From positions 3,232,001 to 3,296,000 of the forward strand of contig OY829846.1 of the NCBI GenBank assembly GCA_963691875.1: a DNA stretch of 64,000 bases, in the 5' to 3' direction. The DNA comes from Aureliella sp. (GTDB lineage: Bacteria > Planctomycetota > Planctomycetia > Pirellulales > Pirellulaceae). The notes beneath the pieces were generated by a model that saw only the letters and a program-made list of their open reading frames with translations, made no database searches and was not told the DNA's origin. The position numbers were made by a program, and so were the translations under genes. Each line of letters starts with the position of its first letter. The stretch's first letter is position 1. Shown here piece by piece: positions 24,201 to 30,103 of the stretch.

Positions 24201-27200
24201 GGCCTCGGCGGAACTCCTAATGGCGATGACAACCAGGCGCGTCCAGACCTGACCTTCACGATTAACCTGACCGCAGTCAACGATGCCCCGACCTTCGATA
24301 TTCCCGCGACGATTTCCGGCATTGAAGACGAAGGGTTGGTGCAACGGGCAAACTTTGCTACGAACCTGCTACCCGGTCCTGAAACTGCAACCGATGAGAT
24401 TAACCAGCAGTTTACCGTAACAGCAGTTGCCGAAGATCCATCGGTATTCTTGGTACAGCCAACGATATCCGCAAATGGAACTCTCGTTTATCAAACCGCC
24501 ACAGATGTGAACCGTGAATTCGCTAACCTTCGGGTTCGAGTCACCGTATCTGATGATGGTCCAAATAGTCCTCCGCCGAACAGCAACACCTCGGCGGAGA
24601 AGACGTTCACTATCGACGTTGCTCCGATCAATGATGCTCCATTGTTTGTGCTTGAAACTCCAGAGATCAATATTCTGGAAGACGTTGGAATGCACACTGA
24701 GTCTGGTGTCACTAGCAACGCTGTCGCCGGTCCGGCAACAGCCGTGGATGAGAATGACCCGATAACTGGGCAAACTCTTAACTATGAGGTCATTGCCGTG
24801 AGTGCACCTGAGTTGTTCGCAACACAGCCTGCGTTGGACGCGAATGGCCAATTGACCTTTGAGACAGCAGAGCACAAGAACGGGACTGCCTTGGTGGTCA
24901 TTCGCCTGGTGGACAGCGGCGTTGGAACACCTCCACCGAACGACAATGACTCAGCGCTGCAAACGATCACGATCAACATCGCTGCTGTCAACGATGCTCC
25001 TGAGTTTAGTATCCCAGGCTCTACTACTGTGGAAGAAGATGCAGGCTTAGTAAGCATTGGTGGATTCGCTACCGACGTGCGACGTGGTCCTGTGGGAACT
25101 GACGACGAGAACAGTCAGCAAGTTGCCTTTACAGCGACCGCGACAGATCCTGCTGCCTTTGCGACGCAGCCTACGATTTCACCAGACGGCACTTTGGTGT
25201 TCCAGACCGCTCAGGATGTGAATGGTCCGCTCGAGGTTGTCGTTCAGTTGTCTGATTCAGGCCTTGGTGCCCCTCCACCAAATGATAACACCTCCGACTC
25301 GCAAACCTTCACGATCAATGTGTTGCCGGTCAACGACGAACCAATCACGATGCCATACGTGGCTTCGACAGCAGAGGATACGCCGATCACGATTCTGGCG
25401 GCGGACGTTCTGCAAAATGACCTTCCTGGACCTCCCGATGAGAGCGCTCAGTCTTTGATCATGACACAGATCGAGAGAACGGGTTCACAGGGTGGAATCA
25501 TCGTTCCTGTCTTCGACGGTTCTGAGATCGTGTCATTCACCTACACGCCACCCACCGATGTCGTGTTGACTGATACATTCTTGTATGTGGTGACAGACAA
25601 CGGAACACCAGCACGTAGTGGATCAGGCACGATCTCCATCAACATAACTGGCGTGAATGATCCTCCGCAGTTCGACAAAGGACCGAATCAAGTCGTTCCA
25701 GAAGACGCTGGTGCGGTTTCCGTTTCGGGTTGGGCTAGCAACATTCTTGCAGGTCCTCCAGTCGCGACCGACGAGCATGGGACTCAAACTGTTACGTTCG
25801 ACGTAACAACGAACAACCCAGACTTGTTTGCTGTTGCTCCCGCGATTAGCTCCGATGGAACGCTGACTTACACCTCCGCAACGGATGCAAATGGCACTGC
25901 CGTGGTAACAGTCACGCCAATTGATGATGGTCCAAGCGATGCTCCGAACAACAACACAGGTGTTGCTCAGTCCTTCACGATTACCGTGACACCTGTCAAC
26001 GATGCTCCGGTATTCACCGGCAGCGGAGATGTGCAGGTTGCGGAAGACAGTGGATCATACTCTGAGCCTTGGGCATCAGACATCCTGCCAGCAGGCGGTT
26101 TGGCAAATAATCCAGCCACGGCCACGGACGAGACACCTCAAGGTGTTGATTTTGTTGTCACCAATGATCAACCTGCGTTGTTCTCGGTGCAGCCAATAAT
26201 TTCCTCTTCAGGCCAGTTGCAATTCGCTCCTTCGAATGACTCATTCGGCACAGCAATTGTGACGGTGACCGCCATCGATCAAGGGCCTGCTGGTGGGCAA
26301 GACGTGAACAATTCTGCACCGCAGAGCTTCACGATCACGATCGAGCCTGTGAACGACACTCCCGTGGCGGTACCGGACGAATATACCATTGATGAGAACT
26401 CGATTTTGAGCGTTGCTGCCGATGGGCTCCTGGCCAACGATACCGACGTCGATGGCGATAGTCTTGCTGCTGTGCCAGCGACCATCACCTCCAACCTATC
26501 GGCAGAGGTGACCATCAATGCGGATGGTTCCTTCCAGTACGATCCGACAATGGTACTATCGCTGCAACAAATGTCTGATGGTCAGTCTGTCCTCGACACG
26601 TTCATTTACGAAGTTGAAGACCCAAGCGGTAGTCGAAGCACAACCGTCGTCTCAATCACCGTTACGGGAATCGACGATGCACCAATTGCAAACGACGATG
26701 CGTTCTCGCTGGGAGTCGGGCAGTCGCGATTGCTTGAGATTCTGCTCAATGACACCGACGTTGATTCGGCCATCGACCCACGTTCGATCACGATCACTCA
26801 GTTGCCGATTACCGGTACTGCTGTGGTCAATCAAACTGGAGTGATCGAATATACCGCTGCAGATGGCTTCGTAGGTGTCGACACACTCGGCTACACGATT
26901 CGTGATGCGGCAGGAAACTTGTCAAACGAAGCGTTTGTCACTGTCACGATGAACAACCCACCTATTGCCGTGGATGACTCGACGTTCACCTTCAAGAACG
27001 AACCGCTGAACATCAACATTCTCGGCAACGACTCGGATTCAGATGGAACATTGGATCCATCCTCCGTTCAGATCGTTGGTCAGCCCACAACGGGTACGGT
27101 TCAGGTGTTGGCTGATGGCACAGTGACCTACACTCCTGCCACAGACTTCTTCGGAGAAGACTCCTTCGCCTATGTTGTCTCCGACAACCTGGGCACCACA

Positions 27201-27785
27201 TCCAACGTGGCTGATGTTTTGATTCGAGTCCAAAGAAGCCGCTGGCAAAATCCAACCGGCAACCTGGATGTCAATGACGACGGCCAGGTTAGTCCGCTGG
27301 ATGCTCTGCTGGTAATCAACTACCTGAACAGTGGAGCAGAGCCGTTCTTGCCAACCTCCGGTGTCGTGCCTCCGCCGTTCTACGACGTGAATGGCGATGA
27401 ATTTGTAACGCCTATCGACGCATTCCGCGTCATCAGCTTCCTCAATGGAAACTCTGGTGGTGGGGCCGGAGAAGGCGAAGCGGCCGACTTCGCTTGGTCT
27501 GAGCAATATGCGATGACCGTCACGCCTGAGCAAATGATTGCAACAGTTGGCAAGCAGGTTGTTGAAGAAGTTCAGCAAGCGTTGCACGAGTCGATGGAGC
27601 AAGCGATGCAAGCAGATGACCTGGACACCGATCTAGTCTACGGACCTCAGCTTCCCCCAGGATTTGTCAGCGAGTCGGATGAATTGCTTGATACGCTAAC
27701 TGCAGGCGAAGCATCCGATGAGGAAATGCATCAGGCTCTCGATGACTTGTTCGGCACTCACTTCTGTGGGCCCAAGGACGTCTAG
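9282..27785 (+). CDS. Giant secreted multidomain surface protein (~6170 aa): planctomycete N-terminal export motif, two degenerate M10-like metzincin domains, PPC-like, beta-helix, GEVED, ~14 cadherin-like repeats, dockerin-like C-terminus
   Basis: ATG at 9282 follows AAGGT; the ORF track starts at 9192. RRNRLRKILIETLERRELLA matches the planctomycete RRLxxExLExRxLLA motif. GEVEDH, NDAP repeats and WQNP-DVNDDGQVSPLDAL dockerin-like repeats are present. Confidence 0.92.
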   Translation: MASHNPARPVSSVYEKQLRRNRLRKILIETLERRELLASDLAFTAFADGTDDAYIQQFKQTGGVDPTTATGRWTNNEVTWSIVPDGTIDSATGDPSNLIAFMDAVYGRGDNGALQDRPWFPLFQSAYESWSNVSGINFTYEAADDGAPIDQTSIGDAGVRGDIRIGGRDIDGNFNSLALNYAPSDGGASGLDGDMIIDTNDAWFVVNAEDASAENRFLANLIAQQAGHGLGLGHRIDAVGEKLMEHTVTDVFAGPQHDDILGAQRIYGDSDEGNNNPGSATQLGNLGNGSVRIAGNSIDSNADTDWYGFRIPSNGKMTLALSPTGEIYDAGDDGGAVLSLNTQRNMLLGFRVIDGATMTTLISGTAASLGDSVSITDFSLPRTGPDGYLIEVTGAGADIQQYNLDITLSDISTDLQVGPTLLSVSPNVGEIFSFNGINQLTEGPNELTLRFDRELSDAALAGFQIYRSGKDLEFDNGNDVVITPGWIGFGETRRIIKARFASPLVDDLYRIEVLQAGITDTDGNALIPRVDGTDRDAVLFRLELGALVNAVVPQPVTSQPDGTVTQARDQIVVYFNNDDLHPEAVTSTGSPSDPTVVRPEFYQLILTEDSVTPGDDTVFRPNMISYDPATDSATLTFANDIDQLAGGAGTFRLRVGSNIPVNSAANPPVIPRFSLGGDVAGFTAGAVPLGGPDFIVAQELVNTQNQLNLAYPGSAFSDPGHRDVNGTSHTGGAPDVDLQVTQQFYNFALDRDYLPGDRTSITPEQMDRVREIFEYWGAQLGIDFVETSEKSDFTVVVGPLSGAGGSLGTMIVPDPIFAPQERLVILDAAEAWTTEASLNPSSSGVPFFGEAFQRIGQMLGLGQIQDLPDGTIMARRGAATTNNEDVYPGDHDVVHGQMLFRPDNKDVDLYRFDVPVGVSGQISIETMAERLSDSSNADTHITLFRETSSGLEVVASNDNYFSSDSYIKMDVTAGTYLIGVTASGNEDFNPVIDNTGSGGTSEGPYELRVNFDPQVSSTIVDINGSALDGDGDGLAGGEFNFWFRAAAPADVAPSGPKTVYVNKDFTGASTGESMAPFSSIPEAIVNRSSGDIIRIAATMGADDDASTVADNPAYEIGRGGLGNGMLSDGISLEIPQGVTAMIDAGAIFKMGGSRVVVGSRDAGTDNSFAGLQVLGTPGNPVIFTSIDDESIGIDTNPIPTQPQAGQWGGIEFRNDVDREQGRGDFERQGIFLNYVGYADMRFGGGQVLATFPSPTVSPLQMSEARPTLLNNSISQSADSAMSADPDSFEETIFTEPRYQLADTFNSDYNRIGPDIRGTMLEDNSINGLFIRVETLAGNEIDQLDVQARFDDTDIPHVLGQNLLIRGTPGGAVHDAARPDVSLVNFNDKSGSLVPGETHSYIVSWVDRFGGESLPSVATTIHTVGSTGGVQLNSLPRATGDFVGRYLYRSANGGVGPFTLVAELDSDSTSFVDAGQDLGSEHPDPTIASIHRARPDARLAIDPGILIKATSSRIEVGISGQLIAEGTDGKPIIFTSRFDDRYGAAGVFDTNNDGATTSSNPGDWSGIVARHESSLSLDHTLVTFAGGISSLPGGFAGFNALELHQTDARVANSTFENNANGLGGNLGAGTRVGRGTHDESVIFVRGSQPVIIDNVIRDNTDGAAAISIDANSLKSFSVQDGGRETGASDSMPGAIGNVGPLVRGNLLAGNSLNGINIRGGATELTTETVWDDTDMVHILQDDIVVGNFHTFGGLRLQSRPGESLVVKSGNGAAITATGTALDIPDRIGGAVRILGVPGFPVIMTSLADDTVGAGFGPDGDVQTDTNGNGASTGAPGQWQGIVLESLSNDRNVNTILELEPDEVQGSGSNNGPLQAQLLGQLADDLDAGDENLRLGFTVQGNIATESDLDVYKFVGNAGSTVWIDIDRTGAALDSVVEVLDIFGRVLAQSDNSIAESQAGNVLFTDPGVLPGTVHVMDQDPFAATDGLSGVDVDFQTTNPADAGLRIELPGASGTPNDYYIRVRSSNVGPTQNQTRLQDPARDSEGLTTGTYRLNVRLQQQDEIGGSTVRYADIRFASTGIDVNGLPRHSNLLGTSSDLGAVPGNDWAARALNVGNIGQSDRASISLAGDLTADVDVDWYRFDVEGVQGASTPAITLDVDYADGFGRPDTSLWVYELVDNNELKLTYIGTDSDVSDDQARSEQGLDVGDFSRGSAGTNDPFIGSRNFAPGTYLVAVTSGSRQADNLLQYTARTSTRPHFSTGFRLVPISPRLFSVSDPDVLDIGGLSPVPFNLADLTAFTLTTRPTLSGDVSNLVFTNPFTGVTEAEVGDNFPDAVKDFALRTDPTTDGYLVGFGQGINDEEAGEFYRFDSAGDGAVASGLVGNAGMVTFSTTQTTDANGNTTFAVRQQETEPGSEEFNGIGVQIEGLTFQNDGANLFGVGFRDEFFSAVFGDPANPDTVTGRTPEEGGNYVYRFNPDTGAVIGNAGETRTTVQTQTQGAGTNAVEYFELDSTGLVTGLTSIDGDEVGQLFAVSDQGEFYRMAMRSDGSQTFTGLPETIPSLRTLRDGGTAIPFTGLGVGPSNLANNILFGVTADGTIYAFDTLGDFQNIFPNGDFKVRSQALGASNVHDMEFSPLDQNLWHRTDNNADDGGDGFGGTVSLRFGFEDPRVEPDPRFRQPGTWSDRVIDDRTGNLMFPGGAEGALESDLIDLSAYSASDEPHLYFSYNADRTDVSLGEVNVLDALRVYAADDTGEWTQLASNNANEAGPELFDSAEWRQARISLADFAGKPDIRLRFEFTTGGFRAGRANFDGEELTAIPGASFNVGDPAARRFTVASVDQANAQLGDFEFDFGLVLNLPAGASIEDGDTISVGGTPMVFQTNPTAANHVFYRADMPPSVVAASLSARLQGFLGLNVVTNPELPNMLNVTNALPFGNSVTGLPNSVIVDLPGVAPGRTAIRITQASSAQQVLAAVRQALANEFNVAGQQNNLGVWPTYGDTVKLYKYTVTLGNADSTETLRLVNAANRGDRFSNDGNPPNEPAVQVTQQRRAQRNNFPGVYIDNIIIGLAERGEFAEGAASVGPNQAANDDDIFQGLGSLGRYQLEIRTSSSRVLDSNSRYAPGLGFEVTSASGIADGQTFELTDGVDAVTFEFNVVPDRTNPAGDPAGDVIPGNVSILLQPDDTAENIAKQIVAAVNSPTVQSLLAVSAHVQSNSRNVEFHGPASFSLDGSSFTGVPALDLGVDDSDNDQAPWGRNLPGEDHGDSNRYRDQGVVLIESTFVSNSQNWGIDVDADARAPESPTSPGSPIHYPTDNPDNLAPGVVLLNNVLDSNTVGGILISGVELNDLSNAGRDIKRPSPVARVVNNTIFGDGSGTGIRVNDDAAPYILNNILAENGVGIEVIGSLSQLRTTVGANFYFGNTTNTAGVTNEAFAGVSTTSPFLDAATGNFYLRPGSNAIDSSIDELAEAASLAALKSAIGLPPSPALAPDSDVAGQRRVDDPNVSSPAGLGSNIFKDRGAYDRADFIGLQAILQEPVDNDSRGLDIESAPTVVQLSEGGLRFFEVLLVDPFGGSGPDNATVNAENVILTENGERLIPGADYVFGYNTSNRTIRFTPLSGLWRDDSVYEITLVNNDAFVLDLPADGRSIADGDTLAVTVGGTTHQFEWDTDETTTSGTAIPFKQDYSQSALTFALLKALKDVGIVAFVQGSSGIMVPGASVSGTPGGSVVTAIRDIAGNRLQPNRPTDLTQFTLFMPEVKFDYGDGPNPASVLLANDAARHSILPIDVANPKLGSFVDADMDGVSSNSSSADDLEVRVLPSSTIPGLSFGVEGQGVLTLPIPSAALDGQVVTIVSGLSTLDFEFDNDGSASGIPVDFSGATTADDVADSLRAAIESELFAGRLNDIAPTTNGAVLNIGAAPHVSVDVTAAPDVTQTIAGNIEVRFGSGVLADSQFMEILDGSGQTIRFELNDTSAPGEFRLPSETLALVNVDLTTATTEDVVQAIADEINVRVALGALGLGPAVANGTSLFINGDDEQGVTFGGLLNSLALPVPVTVTSTDTGVLDAWIDYSGDGLFTPDEQIADTMLLLPGANTFLVTVPNTAQAGFTTSRFRVSKTGNVLANGLALGGEVEDHLVEIVAGTPPVALDDSYRVNEDEPLSVTAPGILANDSDIDSLSFGIRDEDPLKPDVQPFEDVKRGNLVLRADGSFDYMPEPDFFGVDTFVYFVQDERLTSGTAATVTINVSPINDVPDPFDDEITIHEDQSVVVDGEFLTRNDFKGQHGTDSQFNELPQTLTIIEATISAPPLFAGQTVMVMNNELHFTPPAHYTSQTDGAVKVEVTVTDDGQSFNDISGVIEDDSQEAVSTLTINIIELNDSPEFNMTSNLNHLEDAGPQDVPEFISNIMPGPNPAIDEGADVENQSVAFTATALDPTLFASGPSIDANGDLSYEVAEHVNSNAPFPPQLLVEVAAVDSGAGDTILTNVFDPTEVASTSESYDGVKLTITDTNGNVVVFEFDDAALPGVGSTGGIPHAAIGYDATDTNATVSAKIAEAISTPPAASISAGTGPWVAKSFVDAVNGDIRVVSDASTVVTPADITITLTNLFTGLVGAQSYDGATFTLVDGNSNIITFELNDTTDAAPATPGVTAGHAAINYDPTFTKDQLSQAISDAINTPDPAITGGLPTPWIANSLLPPGSSTLQLTSVISLGLSNSTSTIVNPLETEVVTKSVPVDYRPAHDAPVQTFTITIEPVNDAPEFDMTTPLELLEDAGPQNFTDFVTGAVAGPGGALDESSQNLTLNVFAVDPSAFLVQPTVVFDSLTGTADLQFDLNPDVNNETGHDLRIVVSLMDDGGTANTGVDVSVQTLALDVTPVNDRPSFDLAETELTYLEDNESVTGNAPTRYENFAVNATQGPGTAVDETTLPATKQTLLYQTISVSDPSLFSQLPAITPDGHLEFHTAPDANGTAVISVRLLDNGLGGTPNGDDNQARPDLTFTINLTAVNDAPTFDIPATISGIEDEGLVQRANFATNLLPGPETATDEINQQFTVTAVAEDPSVFLVQPTISANGTLVYQTATDVNREFANLRVRVTVSDDGPNSPPPNSNTSAEKTFTIDVAPINDAPLFVLETPEINILEDVGMHTESGVTSNAVAGPATAVDENDPITGQTLNYEVIAVSAPELFATQPALDANGQLTFETAEHKNGTALVVIRLVDSGVGTPPPNDNDSALQTITINIAAVNDAPEFSIPGSTTVEEDAGLVSIGGFATDVRRGPVGTDDENSQQVAFTATATDPAAFATQPTISPDGTLVFQTAQDVNGPLEVVVQLSDSGLGAPPPNDNTSDSQTFTINVLPVNDEPITMPYVASTAEDTPITILAADVLQNDLPGPPDESAQSLIMTQIERTGSQGGIIVPVFDGSEIVSFTYTPPTDVVLTDTFLYVVTDNGTPARSGSGTISINITGVNDPPQFDKGPNQVVPEDAGAVSVSGWASNILAGPPVATDEHGTQTVTFDVTTNNPDLFAVAPAISSDGTLTYTSATDANGTAVVTVTPIDDGPSDAPNNNTGVAQSFTITVTPVNDAPVFTGSGDVQVAEDSGSYSEPWASDILPAGGLANNPATATDETPQGVDFVVTNDQPALFSVQPIISSSGQLQFAPSNDSFGTAIVTVTAIDQGPAGGQDVNNSAPQSFTITIEPVNDTPVAVPDEYTIDENSILSVAADGLLANDTDVDGDSLAAVPATITSNLSAEVTINADGSFQYDPTMVLSLQQMSDGQSVLDTFIYEVEDPSGSRSTTVVSITVTGIDDAPIANDDAFSLGVGQSRLLEILLNDTDVDSAIDPRSITITQLPITGTAVVNQTGVIEYTAADGFVGVDTLGYTIRDAAGNLSNEAFVTVTMNNPPIAVDDSTFTFKNEPLNINILGNDSDSDGTLDPSSVQIVGQPTTGTVQVLADGTVTYTPATDFFGEDSFAYVVSDNLGTTSNVADVLIRVQRSRWQNPTGNLDVNDDGQVSPLDALLVINYLNSGAEPFLPTSGVVPPPFYDVNGDEFVTPIDAFRVISFLNGNSGGGAGEGEAADFAWSEQYAMTVTPEQMIATVGKQVVEEVQQALHESMEQAMQADDLDTDLVYGPQLPPGFVSESDELLDTLTAGEASDEEMHQALDDLFGTHFCGPKDV

Positions 27786-27827
27786 TCTCTGATTTGCCTG
27801 TCCGGCAAGGATTGAACCAACAATTTG

Positions 27828-27865
27828 AAACGCCGTGTGGATCTAGATCCGCACGGCGTTTTTTT
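27828..27865 (+). terminator. Rho-independent terminator after the giant gene
   Basis: AAACGCCGTGTGGAT-CTAG-ATCCGCACGGCGTTT hairpin ending in a T run, between convergent genes. Confidence 0.85.
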
Positions 27866-27942
27866 CAGTTTGCTGGCAATTCTAGTTCTTTATCTAAAAA
27901 CAAACTTTCCATTCGTGGCAAAGAAACTTCCGGCAAGAGCTA

Positions 27943-29400
27943 CTAACGTAGCGTCTCGGTTGACAAAGCAGCGTTCTTCTCCGTCGGAGCTCGAATACTG
28001 ACCGGCGGCTGCCACATCTCGAAACTCGAAGCAAGTTGCAGGTCGCCAGTTGCGAAGCTCTCACCCATGTTGCCCCCCACCGTAAACATCAATGCCATCC
28101 GGTCGCCTGCGTCGTTGGATAGATGGTCGTAGATCCATTGGATCGGAACGTCTTGAACTTGGCCAGCTGCGGCGATCCTGACCAAACGAAGCTCGTTCGA
28201 AGTCACACGTTCATCACTCTCCAAGAAATTGCGAAACTTAGAGCCTAGTTGTCGCTTTAGGTCACTCTGGATACCTTCCGTTGTGACATGAGTTCCCGGC
28301 TTCGTGTTGGTCAGGCGAGAAATGTTACACTGTGCAATGACATTGTTGTTCTCAACAAGTCTAAGAATGGTCTCTTCCCGCGAATCGACGAACATCTTCC
28401 ACCGTCGGTCAGCCAGCATCGAAAATCCGCCTGGCGTCGACTGAATACGAACCAGCCAGCGGCCAGGATCATTTTCCGTCGCGAGTTCTCGAAGTACTTT
28501 TTCGGATGTATCGACTTTATTATCACCAGTTTCAATGCGGATCATTCGCACTAAGGCTTCTATCTCGAAGCCTGGCTGTGATTCACTGATCTCGCGTCTT
28601 TCCTGAATTGCTAAGGCGAGCCATGTGATGATCGCGGATTGCGAAGCAACTTCCGCACGAAAATTGCCGCGAACATCTAAATGTGTCGCAACGCTATTCG
28701 CAGAAGCCTCTATGGCTCCCGATAATTCAACCGAAAGCACGCCGTCTTCGATCTTTGAGATCTTGGCGTTAAGCGTGTTTTTGTGTACCGCTTCCAAATT
28801 GAACAAATGCTGAACTTCGTCATTCTCGAATCGCCAGCTAGCTCGTTCGCTGACAACCCCCTCGGGAAGTAGCAACTCCAGCGAGCCCGAGTTGACAGAG
28901 GACTGTAGTAGTTCCGTTTCCCGTTGATCCAACGGCTCCTCCGTACAGAATTGCTCCCAGCTGCCCTCGTGCCACATCAACTTTGTGTTCTTGCATTCCG
29001 GGCGCAGCTGCCTTTGCGAAGTCTTACCAGCAACCCAGTTCTCTGAGTTGGCTTCCACATAGCGTCTTGCGGACGCATTGAACTGAGAACCTTCAAAGGT
29101 GAGTTTTTCGAAGTAATCCAAGGTCGACTTCGACCGAATTTCTGCTGCGCGAAACGGGCCATCCGACTCTTTGAGAGGCTCCAGATGCAACTTCCCGCTA
29201 AGCTCCGTGACCATTTTGGCTCGCGAATGGAGTAGCTTCAAGTTCTGAGGGCGAACCATTCTCTGTAGTAATTCACCGTTGCCTGCTGGACTAGCACTAA
29301 GCGAAGTCCTCGCAGCGAAGGTCGCCGCAGGAAGAAAAAGGCTGGCTTGCAACGCACGGCGCAAGGCCTCGCGACGAGAGAGCTGGCTAGAGCGTGTCAT
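27943..29400 (-). CDS. Hypothetical exported protein with twin-arginine-like signal
   Basis: Long ORF; MTRSSQLSRREALRRALQASLFLPAATFAA resembles a Tat signal. The start may instead be 29433. Confidence 0.75.
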   Translation of the reverse strand: MTRSSQLSRREALRRALQASLFLPAATFAARTSLSASPAGNGELLQRMVRPQNLKLLHSRAKMVTELSGKLHLEPLKESDGPFRAAEIRSKSTLDYFEKLTFEGSQFNASARRYVEANSENWVAGKTSQRQLRPECKNTKLMWHEGSWEQFCTEEPLDQRETELLQSSVNSGSLELLLPEGVVSERASWRFENDEVQHLFNLEAVHKNTLNAKISKIEDGVLSVELSGAIEASANSVATHLDVRGNFRAEVASQSAIITWLALAIQERREISESQPGFEIEALVRMIRIETGDNKVDTSEKVLRELATENDPGRWLVRIQSTPGGFSMLADRRWKMFVDSREETILRLVENNNVIAQCNISRLTNTKPGTHVTTEGIQSDLKRQLGSKFRNFLESDERVTSNELRLVRIAAAGQVQDVPIQWIYDHLSNDAGDRMALMFTVGGNMGESFATGDLQLASSFEMWQPPVSIRAPTEKNAALSTETLR

Positions 29401-29732
29401 GTTGGCGGGACTCCTCGCAAGCATATTGTGCATGTATTTGTAATTGCTAGCAACCGAAAGGAATAACTAGGCTTTTGAACCCAGAATCGGCATGAAACTG
29501 CATCACACATAAACATGATGTAGCGAACAAGCGAACACAGCGAACAGCTGACGGCGTCTCACAATGAGACAGCTGGAGTCGGATTCACCAGCTTCTTGCA
29601 AAACTGTCACTGATTTTTTCAAAGCCAGAAAAACTTATTCACAGCGGCGCCTGTGGGCCAGGCGTCATAAGCCCCTAAATAGCAGGAGGTTAGAGCATCG
29701 AAGCCAATTCAAGTGACACTTTTTTGAACACT

Positions 29733-29748
29733 TGGCCTTGTTTTTGCA
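29733..29748 (+). promoter_or_regulatory. Sigma54 (-24/-12) promoter
   Basis: TGGCCT-TGTTT-TTGCA with exact GG-N10-GC spacing, oriented toward the sigma factor gene. Confidence 0.6.
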
Positions 29749-29756
29749 CCCAGTAA

Positions 29757-29946
29757 GGGAGGCGGCGAAATTGCGTCTAACAGGATGAAGGGCAATCGCT
29801 TCAGAGCGAGCAACGAACTATCCGCCGTGGCAACTTCGTACTTATGTGTGGGGACCACGGGAAACAACGAACTCTGACAGCGATATTGTCCATTTCGACC
29901 GGAGCGTTAACTCCGCCGAATTGACGCAGTTGCCTTACTGCCCTCC
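29757..29946 (+). ncRNA. Candidate structured RNA or leader (rod-like, ~190 nt)
   Basis: Nested complementary segments AATTGCGTC/GACGCAGTT, GGGCAATCGCT/AGCGATATTGTCC, TCAGAG/CTCTGA and CCGTGG/CCACGG, with GGAGG/CCTCC ends. Confidence 0.45.
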
Positions 29947-30103
29947 TCAAGAATGATTTAATTCAAAACAAATCATTCTTTGACGGGTTCGAACAAAGAA
30001 GCGAGTTCTAGGAAGGAGCTCAAACCCAGCCGTACTTTGGTGTCAGCGGTCGGAAACCGCAAGGACTAACTTCACCAAGTGCCAGCAGGGAGAGGTGAGA
30101 AAG

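Noticed and set aside
21690..27230. Periodic repeats as a CRISPR array or DNA-level repeat element
   Set aside because: They are diverged protein-level cadherin-like repeats with no identical DNA repeat-spacer pattern.
92..27611. Many 60-225 aa antisense and alternate-frame ORFs within the giant genes (e.g. 5707-6384, 14219-14887, 20768-21367)
   Set aside because: Shadow ORFs arising from codon bias of the real genes; no recognisable motifs.
29488..29502. CGGCATGAAACTGCA as a sigma54 promoter
   Set aside because: GG-to-GC spacing is one base too short.
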